Positions 47,069-55,572 of a stretch of DNA of 64,000 bases are shown piece by piece (the first letter of the stretch is position 1; each line of letters begins with the position of its first letter). Origin of the DNA: Acidimicrobiales bacterium (GTDB taxonomy: Bacteria; Actinomycetota; Acidimicrobiia; Acidimicrobiales; SZUA-35). Position numbers and translations under genes: made by a program. The stretch spans positions 2,055,692 to 2,119,691 of the forward strand of contig CBDCGK010000004.1 of the NCBI GenBank assembly GCA_965216675.1, given 5' to 3'. The notes below the pieces were generated by a model. It was given only the letters and a program-made list of their open reading frames with translations, searched no databases and was not told where the DNA came from.

Positions 47069-48313
47069 ATGGTGACGATCAGCGCCGAACCCGAGTCGGT
47101 TGGGATGAGCTCGGAACGGTTGGGCCGTATCGCTCCGGTGATGGACTCGTACGTGACCGAGCGGGGGGTGGTCGGCATCTCGACGGCCCTCAGCCGTCGG
47201 GGCGAGGTCGTGTACGCCGAGCGGTTCGGTCACCAGGACCGGGAAGCCGGTGTGCCGATGGCGGTCGACACGATCTTTCGGATCTACTCGATGACCAAGC
47301 CGGTGGTGTCGACGGCGCTGATGATGCTCCACGAGGAGGCGGCGTTCCAACTCGAACAACCGGTGATGAAGTATCTGCCGGCGTTCAAGCAGACGAAGGT
47401 CCTGAACGGCGACGGCAGCCTGGCCAAACAGAGCCGGCCGATGGACATCCGAGACGTTCTCACCCACACCAGCGGTCTGACCTACGACTTCATGATCGAC
47501 AACCCGGTCGCCGCGTTGTACCGGGAGGCCCGCCTGATGAACGACGCCACCCGAACCCTCGACGAGGTCATGACCACGCTCGCCGGGTTCCCCCTGGCGT
47601 TCCAACCCGGCGAGCGGTGGCACTACAGCGTCGGCATTGACGTGGCCGCCCGGTTGATCGAGGTGCTGGCCGATCAGCCGCTGGGCGACTTCCTGCAGGA
47701 GCGGATCTTCGGACCGCTCGGAATGGTCGACACGGCGTTCGGTGTGCCCGACGAGGAGCTCGGTCGGTTGTCGGCCATGTACGGACTTCCCGATCTCGTC
47801 GGTCGGGATTACACCGCCGACGACCTGGTGGCGGCCGCCCTCGACGAGTTCAACGAACGGATCGACGTGTCCGAGACCTACCCGACCGACACGCCGGACG
47901 TGTTCCAGCGGGGTGGCCTCGGGTTGTTCTCCACCGTCGACGACTACCACCGGTTCGCTCGGATGCTGGCCGACAACGGCCGGAGCCCCGACGGGCGGCA
48001 GCTGATCGGCCGCAAGACGCTCGAACTCATGCATCGCAACCATGTGACACCCGACCTGCTCCCCTACGAGATCATGGGCATCGCCAATCCCGGCATGGGA
48101 TTCGGCCTGGGCTCCCGGGTGCTGCTCGACGGCGGCCGGTTCGCGGGCACGGGCACCGACGGGGAGTTCGGGTGGGCCGGTGCGGCCAAGACCTACTACT
48201 GGGTCGATCCGGTGGAGGAGGTGGTTGGCGTGTTCATGTCGCAGTACATGACCGGGCCGCTGCTCCCCGACCGGGACTTCCGCTCGCTGGTGTACCAGGC
48301 CATCGTCGATTGA
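47069..48313 (+). CDS. Serine hydrolase of the beta-lactamase/transpeptidase-like family
   Basis: S-x-x-K motif (IYSMTKPV), in a class C/esterase-like context. Confidence 0.85.
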   Translation: MVTISAEPESVGMSSERLGRIAPVMDSYVTERGVVGISTALSRRGEVVYAERFGHQDREAGVPMAVDTIFRIYSMTKPVVSTALMMLHEEAAFQLEQPVMKYLPAFKQTKVLNGDGSLAKQSRPMDIRDVLTHTSGLTYDFMIDNPVAALYREARLMNDATRTLDEVMTTLAGFPLAFQPGERWHYSVGIDVAARLIEVLADQPLGDFLQERIFGPLGMVDTAFGVPDEELGRLSAMYGLPDLVGRDYTADDLVAAALDEFNERIDVSETYPTDTPDVFQRGGLGLFSTVDDYHRFARMLADNGRSPDGRQLIGRKTLELMHRNHVTPDLLPYEIMGIANPGMGFGLGSRVLLDGGRFAGTGTDGEFGWAGAAKTYYWVDPVEEVVGVFMSQYMTGPLLPDRDFRSLVYQAIVD

Positions 48314-48372
48314 ACCCACCATCGGTCACTCCCCGGGTCGCCGGTGTCGACGGAGCCCGCCGTGGGTGGGTG

Positions 48373-49014
48373 ATGGCGACGATCGGCCCCGACCCGACTC
48401 ACGACAGTGAGCTGACGTTCGGCGCCGAGTTCACGGTCCTGCTCGAGCGGTGCCGGGTGTCCCGTCTGGCGGCGGTCGGCGTCGACATCCCGATCGGGTT
48501 CGCTGCCGACGGCCACCGAGACGCCGAGCGCCTGGCCCGGGCCCGGCTCGGACGGCGGGCCTCCACCTTGTTCGCCATGCCGGCGCACGCCGCGCTCGAC
48601 GTCGACGACTGGTCGAGGGCGTTGGATCTCAACCGCCGGATCGCCGGCAAGGGCTTCAGCAAGCAGGCGTTCGGTCTCCTCGCCGGGAGCCGGGAGGTCC
48701 GGGCCGCCCTGTCGCCGTCGGAGCAGCCATGGTGCAGCGAGGTCCACCCCGAGTCGTCGTTCACCGCCATGAACGACGGTGAGCCCCTGCCGTCGAAGCA
48801 CACCGATGAGGGTCGGTCCCAACGGCTCGGTCTCGTCACCAGCCTGATCGCCGCCGATGCCGCCGACCGCGTCGCGACATCCGGTGTCTCACCGGTCGAC
48901 GCGCTCGACGCCTACGCCGCGGCGTGGACGGCCCTCCGACTGTCGCGGGGCGAGGCCGATGTCCTCGGCGACGGACACGACCCCGACGGCTACTCGCTCA
49001 CCATCGCCGTCTGA
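48373..49014 (+). CDS. DUF429-family protein
   Basis: The AGVDGARRGWV pattern is typical of DUF429. This pattern lies just upstream of the ATG I chose (48373). No in-frame ATG/GTG/TTG lies between the preceding gene's stop and that motif, so the true start probably lies further 5', overlapping the preceding gene. Confidence 0.5.
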   Translation: MATIGPDPTHDSELTFGAEFTVLLERCRVSRLAAVGVDIPIGFAADGHRDAERLARARLGRRASTLFAMPAHAALDVDDWSRALDLNRRIAGKGFSKQAFGLLAGSREVRAALSPSEQPWCSEVHPESSFTAMNDGEPLPSKHTDEGRSQRLGLVTSLIAADAADRVATSGVSPVDALDAYAAAWTALRLSRGEADVLGDGHDPDGYSLTIAV

Positions 49015-49043
49015 CCTGCGCCGTCCCGGTGGTCCCAGCCATT

Positions 49044-51068
49044 TCAGGAGGCGAGGACCGTGTCGAGGTAGACGTACTCCAATGCGCTCAAGCGGGCCTG
49101 CTGTTTGAGATTGGCTCCCGCGCTGTGGCCGCCCTCGGTGTTCTCGTAGTAGTAGACGTCGTGGCCCTGGTCGGTCATGCGGGCCACCATCTTGCGGGCG
49201 TGTCCGGGGTGGACCCGGTCATCGCGGGTCGAGGTGACGAAGAAGACCGTCGGATAGTCGACGTCGGGCGCCACGGTGTGGAACGGCGAGTACGAGGTGA
49301 GGTAGTCGGCCATCTCGGGGTCGGTGGGATCACCGTACTCCCCCACCCAGCTCGCGCCGGCCAGCAGCAGGTGGTACCGCAACATGTCAAGCAGCGGCAC
49401 GGCGCAGATCACCCCGGCGCACAGATCGGGACTGCGGGTGAAGACCGAGCCGACGAGCAGACCTCCGTTGCTTCCACCGGAGATGGCGAGGTGATCATGG
49501 TCGGTGACGCCGGTGGCGATGAGCTCGGCGGCGACGGCCTCGAAGTCCTCGAACGCCTTGTGCCGGTTGGCCTTGAGGGCGGACTGGTGCCACGACGGTC
49601 CGTATTCGCCACCGCCCCGGATGTTGGCCACGACGAAGGTGTTGCCCCGCTCGAGCCACAGCTTCCCGGTGACCGCGCTGTAGCCGGGAGTCAGCGGGAT
49701 CTCGAAGCCCCCGTACCCGTAGAGCAGCGTTCTGGTTGGGCCTTGGGTTTGCGGATCACCGACCACGAAGTACGGCACCCGGGTGCCGTCGGCCGAGGTG
49801 GCGAAACGCTGCTCGGCGACCAGGCCACCGGCGTCGAACCGGGCCGGCTGGCTGCGCAGCAGGCGGGGCTCGAGATCCCCGGCGGCGCCCACGTCGACGG
49901 CCATCAGCGACGGGGGCGTGAGATGATCGTTGTAGGAGACGAAGCACTCGGTGTTGTCATCGGATGCCGACAACAGGTTGACGGTGCCGAGACCGTCGAT
50001 CGGCACCTCTTCGCTCGACCAGTCCCCGCTGCCGTCGGGCCTGGCCACATACAGTCCGCCGATCACGTCCTCGATGACGGCGTACACGACGGCGTCCCGG
50101 GTTGTCGCCGCTCCGGCCACCGACGACCGCTCGTCGGGCTGGTAGAGACAGCTGACGGCGTCGGTGTCGAGATCGAGGGCGATGAGGCTGCCCTGGCTGA
50201 GGCCACGCCAGTCGGAGCGGAGGATGGCGAGTGCCCGACCGTCGAAGAAGCCCTGGAACTGGGCGTCGGGGGGAAGGTCGACGGGGGTGAGGGTCATGTC
50301 GTCGCCTGCGAGGTGGATCTCGCTGGTGAAGAAGTCGGGCATCGCCACCACCGACACGTAGGTGCCCTCGTTTCGATGTTGGACCGACGGCGAGATCAAA
50401 ATCCAGGAGCGGTCGATCTCCTGCACGGTCTCCGCCGCCGCCAGGGGCTGACCTCGCCGCCACCGTTTGATGACCGCCGGGTAGCCGGACTCGGTGAGCG
50501 AGCCCTCGCCGAAGTCGGTGCCGATGAGCACCGTGTCATCGTCGACATAGGCCACGAACGTCTTGGCCTCGACCACATCGAACCCGCCGTCGATGAAGCG
50601 GCGGTCGACGAGGTCGAACTCCCGCACGGTGACGGCGTCCTTGCCCCCGTCCGACAGCATCACCATGGCCCGCGAATAGTCGGCGTTCACCGCCGCGCCC
50701 TTCCAGACGTGGTTGGCGTCCTCGGCCTCGGCCAGGGCGTCGAGGTCGAGCACGATCTCCCAGTCCGGCTCGTCGGCCTCGTAGCCGGCCCGATCAACCC
50801 GCCGCCACAGACCTCGAACGTTGTTGGCGTCCTGCCAGAAGTTGTAGACCACGTCGCCGCGGATCACGCCGAAGGCGATGCGATCATCGGCCTCCAGGAT
50901 CTCGAGTGCGGCGGACTGGTACTCGTCGAACAGCGGAGACGCCTCGAACTCGGCCAGCGTCTCGGCGCTGACGGCCTCGACCCACTCGAGGGCTTCGGTG
51001 CCCTCGACCTCCTCGAGCCACTCGTACTCGGCGTCGGCTTTCGGTCCCGTCCCGGCTTCACCGTTCAT
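49044..51068 (-). CDS. Prolyl oligopeptidase-family serine peptidase (S9)
   Basis: N-terminal propeller region plus the catalytic ISGGSNGGLLVG, with C-terminal D/H regions. Confidence 0.9.
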   Translation of the reverse strand: MNGEAGTGPKADAEYEWLEEVEGTEALEWVEAVSAETLAEFEASPLFDEYQSAALEILEADDRIAFGVIRGDVVYNFWQDANNVRGLWRRVDRAGYEADEPDWEIVLDLDALAEAEDANHVWKGAAVNADYSRAMVMLSDGGKDAVTVREFDLVDRRFIDGGFDVVEAKTFVAYVDDDTVLIGTDFGEGSLTESGYPAVIKRWRRGQPLAAAETVQEIDRSWILISPSVQHRNEGTYVSVVAMPDFFTSEIHLAGDDMTLTPVDLPPDAQFQGFFDGRALAILRSDWRGLSQGSLIALDLDTDAVSCLYQPDERSSVAGAATTRDAVVYAVIEDVIGGLYVARPDGSGDWSSEEVPIDGLGTVNLLSASDDNTECFVSYNDHLTPPSLMAVDVGAAGDLEPRLLRSQPARFDAGGLVAEQRFATSADGTRVPYFVVGDPQTQGPTRTLLYGYGGFEIPLTPGYSAVTGKLWLERGNTFVVANIRGGGEYGPSWHQSALKANRHKAFEDFEAVAAELIATGVTDHDHLAISGGSNGGLLVGSVFTRSPDLCAGVICAVPLLDMLRYHLLLAGASWVGEYGDPTDPEMADYLTSYSPFHTVAPDVDYPTVFFVTSTRDDRVHPGHARKMVARMTDQGHDVYYYENTEGGHSAGANLKQQARLSALEYVYLDTVLAS

Positions 51069-51180
51069 CCGGTCACACTAACAGCGCCGACCGGATCGAA
51101 CCGCGCCGGGCCGAGCCCCCGCAAACGGGGTCCCGGCTCGGCACGGATGCGAACGGACGGACCTGCGGAGTCCGCCGGGT

Positions 51181-52374
51181 TCAGTAGCTCTTGGGGAGCC
51201 CCAGGCACTTCTGGGCGACGAAGGCCAGGACCAGGTTGTTGTTGATCGGGGCCACCTGGTAGAGGCGGGTCTCCCGGAGTTTGCGTTCGATGTCATACTC
51301 GGTGGCGAATCCGAAGCCGCCGTGGGTGTTGACCGCGGCGTTGCCCGCCTCCCACGACGCCTCCGAGGCGAGCATCTTCGCCATGTTGGCCTCGGCTCCA
51401 CACGATCGGCCGGTGTCGAACAGCTCGGCGGCCTTCCACCGCATCAGGTTGGCCGCCTCGAGGTGGGCGTACGCCTTGGCCAGGGGAAAGGCCACGCCCT
51501 GGTTCATGCCGATGGGCCGCCCGAAGACGACACGCTCCTTCGCGTACGCCGACGCCCGATCGAGGAAGAACGTGCCGTCACCGATGCACTCGGAGGCGAT
51601 GAGGATGCGTTCGGCGTTCATGCCGTCGAGGATCTGACGGAAGCCGTTGCCCTCGACCCCGACCAGCGAGTCGGCGGGGATCTCGACGTCGTCGAAGAAC
51701 ACCTCGGTCGAGTTGTGGTTCATCATCGTCTCGATGGGGTTGATGGTGAGCCCGGGCAGCAGCTCGCCGTCGTCACCTCGGAGATCGAACAGGAACGTCG
51801 ACATGCCGGCCAGCCGCTCGGCTGGATCATCCGAGGGCGCAGTGGTGCGGGCCAGGAGCAACATCATGTCGGAGTACAGGGCCCGTGAGGTCCAGATCTT
51901 CTGGCCGCTGACCTTCCAGACATCACCGTCTCGAACGGCTCGGGTGCGGATGGCGGTGGTCTCGGATCCGGCGGTCGGTTCGGTCACCCCGAAGGCCTGG
52001 AGCCGCTTTCGTCCATCGGCGATCTGGGGCAGGTAGCGCTGCTTCTGCTCGTCGGAGCCGTGGCGTAACAGTGTGCCCATGATGTACATCTGGGCGTGGC
52101 AGGCCGACGGGTTGCCACCCGAGGCGGCGATCTCCTCCAGGATCACCGACGCCCCGCCGAGGCTCAGACCCCCGCCGCCGTACTCGGTCGGGATGAGCGA
52201 ACCGAGCCAGCCCTGATCGGTGAGTTCGGAGACGAACTCCTCCGGGTAGCGGTCGGGTTCGAGGGAGCGCCAGTAGTCGTTGCCGTAGTCGTCGCACAAT
52301 CGGCGGATCTCGGATCGGATGAGATCGTGGTCCTCGTCGGTGTAGGGATCGGCGTCGGTGTCGGCAGCGCTCAT
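51181..52374 (-). CDS. Acyl-CoA dehydrogenase
   Basis: Full-length ACAD pattern (LQAFGVTEPTAGSE, GGFGFATEYDIERKLRE). Confidence 0.9.
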   Translation of the reverse strand: MSAADTDADPYTDEDHDLIRSEIRRLCDDYGNDYWRSLEPDRYPEEFVSELTDQGWLGSLIPTEYGGGGLSLGGASVILEEIAASGGNPSACHAQMYIMGTLLRHGSDEQKQRYLPQIADGRKRLQAFGVTEPTAGSETTAIRTRAVRDGDVWKVSGQKIWTSRALYSDMMLLLARTTAPSDDPAERLAGMSTFLFDLRGDDGELLPGLTINPIETMMNHNSTEVFFDDVEIPADSLVGVEGNGFRQILDGMNAERILIASECIGDGTFFLDRASAYAKERVVFGRPIGMNQGVAFPLAKAYAHLEAANLMRWKAAELFDTGRSCGAEANMAKMLASEASWEAGNAAVNTHGGFGFATEYDIERKLRETRLYQVAPINNNLVLAFVAQKCLGLPKSY

Positions 52375-52417
52375 AGCGCCTCAACCGTAGTCAACGCCGG
52401 ACGCAGCCGGACAGCCG

Positions 52418-52460
52418 GGGATCGATCCCGATTTCGTCATCGCGGGCCGGTTTCTACGAT
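52418..52460 (+). promoter_or_regulatory. Candidate operator-promoter 4: GGGATCGATCCC-N25-TACGAT, upstream of the satellite effector module (leaderless geometry)
   Basis: Palindrome at 52418-52429. TTTCGT lies at the -35 position and TACGAT at 52455-52460. ATG 52467 begins 6 nt after the hexamer. Confidence 0.55.
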
Positions 52461-52466
52461 CAGGTC

Positions 52467-53114
52467 ATGGATACCACGTTGGACGAACCCGTCACCGAGA
52501 CCGGAGCCCACCCGCGGCCCGACGGGAGTGGAACGGGACGCACCGTGCGCCATCCGTCGGTCGACTTCCCGCCGGCACCGGTGGTGGAGCTCGTGATCCC
52601 GGAGACGTGGCGACCGATCGGGGTTGCCGTCCTCAACGAGATGCGGACGCAGCCCGACATCGCCGTTGCCGGGCCGGACGTGGTCGATGGCGTACGTCCG
52701 AACCTGATGGTCAAGACGAGTCGGGTGCCGGGCACCGAAGGCGGGCACCCGCCGGAGGCGAGGACCCTTTTGGCCAGGCTCTTCGACCGTCAGGCCGACG
52801 AGCGGGGCGTCCTCGACTTCGAGTTCCGGATCCACGACGACGGGCCCCAACCCTATGGGGTCAGCCGGCACCGGGAGCTGCCGTCGGGTGTCGAGGTCCT
52901 GCGACTGACCTGCGCCATCGTCGTGTCGAGCGATCCGATCCGGTACCTGGTCATCACCCAGGCCTCGGCGAGCCCGGCCGACGAGCTCGGTCTGGCCGCC
53001 ATCGAGGCCGCGTTCGGGTCACTGCGGATCGCAGCACCCGTACCTCCCACCGATGGCAGGACCCCGGCCAGTGACACGGCCTTAGCCAATGACAGGGCCA
53101 CAAACGATGCCTGA
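52467..53114 (+). CDS. Effector-associated accessory protein (paralog of 46494..46997)
   Basis: Shares blocks with 46494 (DFPPAPVVELVIPETWRPIG, VAGPDVVDGVRPNLMVKTSRVP). Its 3' end overlaps the toxin gene start by 8 nt (ATGCCTGA). Confidence 0.55.
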   Translation: MDTTLDEPVTETGAHPRPDGSGTGRTVRHPSVDFPPAPVVELVIPETWRPIGVAVLNEMRTQPDIAVAGPDVVDGVRPNLMVKTSRVPGTEGGHPPEARTLLARLFDRQADERGVLDFEFRIHDDGPQPYGVSRHRELPSGVEVLRLTCAIVVSSDPIRYLVITQASASPADELGLAAIEAAFGSLRIAAPVPPTDGRTPASDTALANDRATNDA

Positions 53115-54207
53115 ACTGGTTGGCGCAGACATCGAGCGGCTGCGGGCGATGGCATCGTCGTTCGAGCACCGGGCCGAGGCCATCACCTCGATGGAGCGAC
53201 AGGTCACGGCGGCCTGCGGGGAGCTTCACCGGTTCTGGCACGGCGCCGATGCAGCCGACTTCGTCGGCCGGTGGCAGTCGAACCATCGTCCGAGGCTCCT
53301 TGCCGTGGCGGCCGGTCTTGTCGACGTGTCCCAGCTGCTGAGCGGCAACGCCGACGAGCAGCACCTGACCAGCAGTGTCGGCGGCGGAGCCACGACGGGT
53401 GGCGGCCGCTTCGACCGCGGCGCCGGCGGCGGCGGAGGAGGAGGCGGCTGGGGTGGCGGTTTCGGCCTGCCGATACTCGGTGACGGCTGGAACCTGGTCA
53501 GCGAGTTCGCCACCGACACCTGGGACGGCATCACCGACACGGCCGGCACCGTCTGGGACGGGGCAACCGACGTGGCGGTCGACACCTGGGACGGTCTCAC
53601 CGACACCGCCGGAACCGTGTGGGGAGGCATCACCGGCACCGCCGGCACGGTCTGGGGTGGGCTGACGTCGGCTGCCGGGGCGGCTGTCGACGAAACCGGC
53701 CACCGACTCTCCGAGTTCGGACAGTACGGCCTGGCCTACACGGAGCGATGGCTCGACAACCCGATCCAATCGGTGTTCGACGAACTCACGTTCACCGGAC
53801 AATTCGAGCGACTCGTCGGAGCGGGCTCGATTCTGTTTCTCGGCGGCGAATACCAGGAGAACCTGGGCAACGGTGACGCCGAGTTCATCACCGGCCTGCC
53901 GATCCGTTTCAACGACGCGATCACGCTCGGCCATTCCGTGCTGATCGACGATCCTCGACCAAGCGGTGGTCTCCTTGAGCACGAGCTACAGCACGTCGAC
54001 GACGTCGAGGCGGTTGGCGGGGTCGGCTTCTATTCGAGCTACCTCGGCAACTGGATCGGCAACATCATCGGCGGTCAGGATCCGAGCATCGGCGGCGAAG
54101 CCTACGAGAACATCTGGTGGGAGCAGCGGGCCCACGCCACGCAGGACGGCAATCCGCCCTCCGATCTCGACTTCGGCCGGTTCGATCCCCGCAACTGGTT
54201 CGACTGA
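53107..54207 (+). CDS. WXG100-like N-terminal domain fused to Gly-rich/tandem-repeat linker and a C-terminal HExxH (DUF4157-like) metallopeptidase-type toxin domain
   Basis: N-terminus MPELVGADIERLRAMASSF...RFWHGADAADF. Poly-Gly tract. Repeats (TDTAGTVWDG-like) x5. C-terminal AITLGHSVLIDDPRPSGGLLEHELQHVDD, with HELQH at 53980-53994. Confidence 0.7.
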   Translation: MPELVGADIERLRAMASSFEHRAEAITSMERQVTAACGELHRFWHGADAADFVGRWQSNHRPRLLAVAAGLVDVSQLLSGNADEQHLTSSVGGGATTGGGRFDRGAGGGGGGGGWGGGFGLPILGDGWNLVSEFATDTWDGITDTAGTVWDGATDVAVDTWDGLTDTAGTVWGGITGTAGTVWGGLTSAAGAAVDETGHRLSEFGQYGLAYTERWLDNPIQSVFDELTFTGQFERLVGAGSILFLGGEYQENLGNGDAEFITGLPIRFNDAITLGHSVLIDDPRPSGGLLEHELQHVDDVEAVGGVGFYSSYLGNWIGNIIGGQDPSIGGEAYENIWWEQRAHATQDGNPPSDLDFGRFDPRNWFD

Positions 54208-54650
54208 TGGGCGATCCAGCCGCCGACCGGGCCGGTGGTACGCTCGGCGACGTGCCCCGCACATCCGTCGACACCCTTGGACGCACTGCCGCCGCGCTTG
54301 CACTTGCCACCGTGCTGCTCGCCGCCTGCTCACAATCGCGCCCGGTCACGATCACGTCGCCGTGTGACACCGACGTGTTGGTCGACTGGCTGTACCGGTC
54401 GCAGGGCGGGAGCGATGTGGTCACCGAGGACTACGTGATCGAAGCCGGCGAACACGTCTACAGCGACGCAGTGGAGACCGAGTACATCGCCCTCACGGTC
54501 GACGGTCGGATTCTGGCCGAGACGTCCCTGCCGGCCGACAAACTCGACGATGAGGGCGCAAACGCCTTTCCGCCGATGGCGATCCCGGCCGAGGCCTGCA
54601 GTGAGCTCACTCCCGCCACCGACGACGGGTCCGGCACCGGCGGATACTGA
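54207..54650 (+). CDS. Lipoprotein, candidate cognate immunity protein
   Basis: ATG 54207 overlaps the toxin stop (TGATG). Signal and lipobox AAALALATVLLAAC. Small (147 aa); no family recognised. Confidence 0.55.
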   Translation: MGDPAADRAGGTLGDVPRTSVDTLGRTAAALALATVLLAACSQSRPVTITSPCDTDVLVDWLYRSQGGSDVVTEDYVIEAGEHVYSDAVETEYIALTVDGRILAETSLPADKLDDEGANAFPPMAIPAEACSELTPATDDGSGTGGY

Positions 54651-54693
54651 CATCAGGTCGACGGCACCGGCCCGTTCGGTGAGATACTGAACC

Positions 54694-55491
54694 ATGGTCG
54701 AGTCGGAACACTCGCCGCATCTCGACGATGCGATCTCCGAAACACCGGCCGACGCGACCGACGACCCCGGTCCGGTGGTGATCCTCGCCTACGACGGTCT
54801 GGCCGCCGACGAGGCGGCCGTCCTGGTCGAGATCCTCTCGACCGCCGACCTCGACGTCACCATCGCCAGCGTCCTGGCCGAGCCGGTCACGTCCTACAAC
54901 GGGAGGGTGGTCGTGGCCCGCCCGGCGGGATCGATCGAGCGCTGCAGCGCGCTCCTCGTCCCCGGCGGCCTCGGGGTGCGCACCACCGCCGAGAACCCGG
55001 CGGTGCTTCGAGCGATCGCCGAGCTGTCGACGAAGGCCCGGTGGCTCGGGGCGACGTCGACCGGGTCGGTCCTGTTGGCCGCTGCCGGCATCATCGACGG
55101 GGCCCGGGTCACGACGCATTGGCTGGCCGGCGACCTCATCACCGACCGGGGACTGGAGCTGTCGGAGGAACCACTGGTCGAGTGGGGTCGGCTGCTCACC
55201 GCCTCGGGCATCGTCGGCACCGCCGATCTGTCGTTCCGGTTGGTCGGGGCGCTTCTCGGGCACAAGGCCGAGACCCGGGTGCGCTCGGTGTTCGTCCCGC
55301 CGCCATCCGACGCCGATCCCCGCTACCGCCGCGACTCCCGGCGGTGGTGGCGTCGGATCGCCTCGTCACTGGCGGGCCGACCCGATCAGTCGTCCCGCAA
55401 ACGAGTGGTCGACGAAGACCGCACCCTGGCGCTGATGGACCCTGAGGGCCGAGCCGACGTGTTCGTGCTCGATCTCGTCGACGACGAGTGA
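54694..55491 (+). CDS. DJ-1/PfpI-family protein (nucleophile Cys apparently replaced)
   Basis: VVILAYDGLAADEAAVLVEIL, ALLVPGGLG and RVTTHWLAG. The nucleophile elbow reads GATSTGS instead of the usual xxxCxG. Confidence 0.7.
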   Translation: MVESEHSPHLDDAISETPADATDDPGPVVILAYDGLAADEAAVLVEILSTADLDVTIASVLAEPVTSYNGRVVVARPAGSIERCSALLVPGGLGVRTTAENPAVLRAIAELSTKARWLGATSTGSVLLAAAGIIDGARVTTHWLAGDLITDRGLELSEEPLVEWGRLLTASGIVGTADLSFRLVGALLGHKAETRVRSVFVPPPSDADPRYRRDSRRWWRRIASSLAGRPDQSSRKRVVDEDRTLALMDPEGRADVFVLDLVDDE

Positions 55492-55572
55492 CTGCAGTCG
55501 AGTAGTCGAGGCCGAGTAGTCGAGACCGAGGAACGGCAGCCGAGTGATCGCGGCCGAGCGCCCATCACACCT

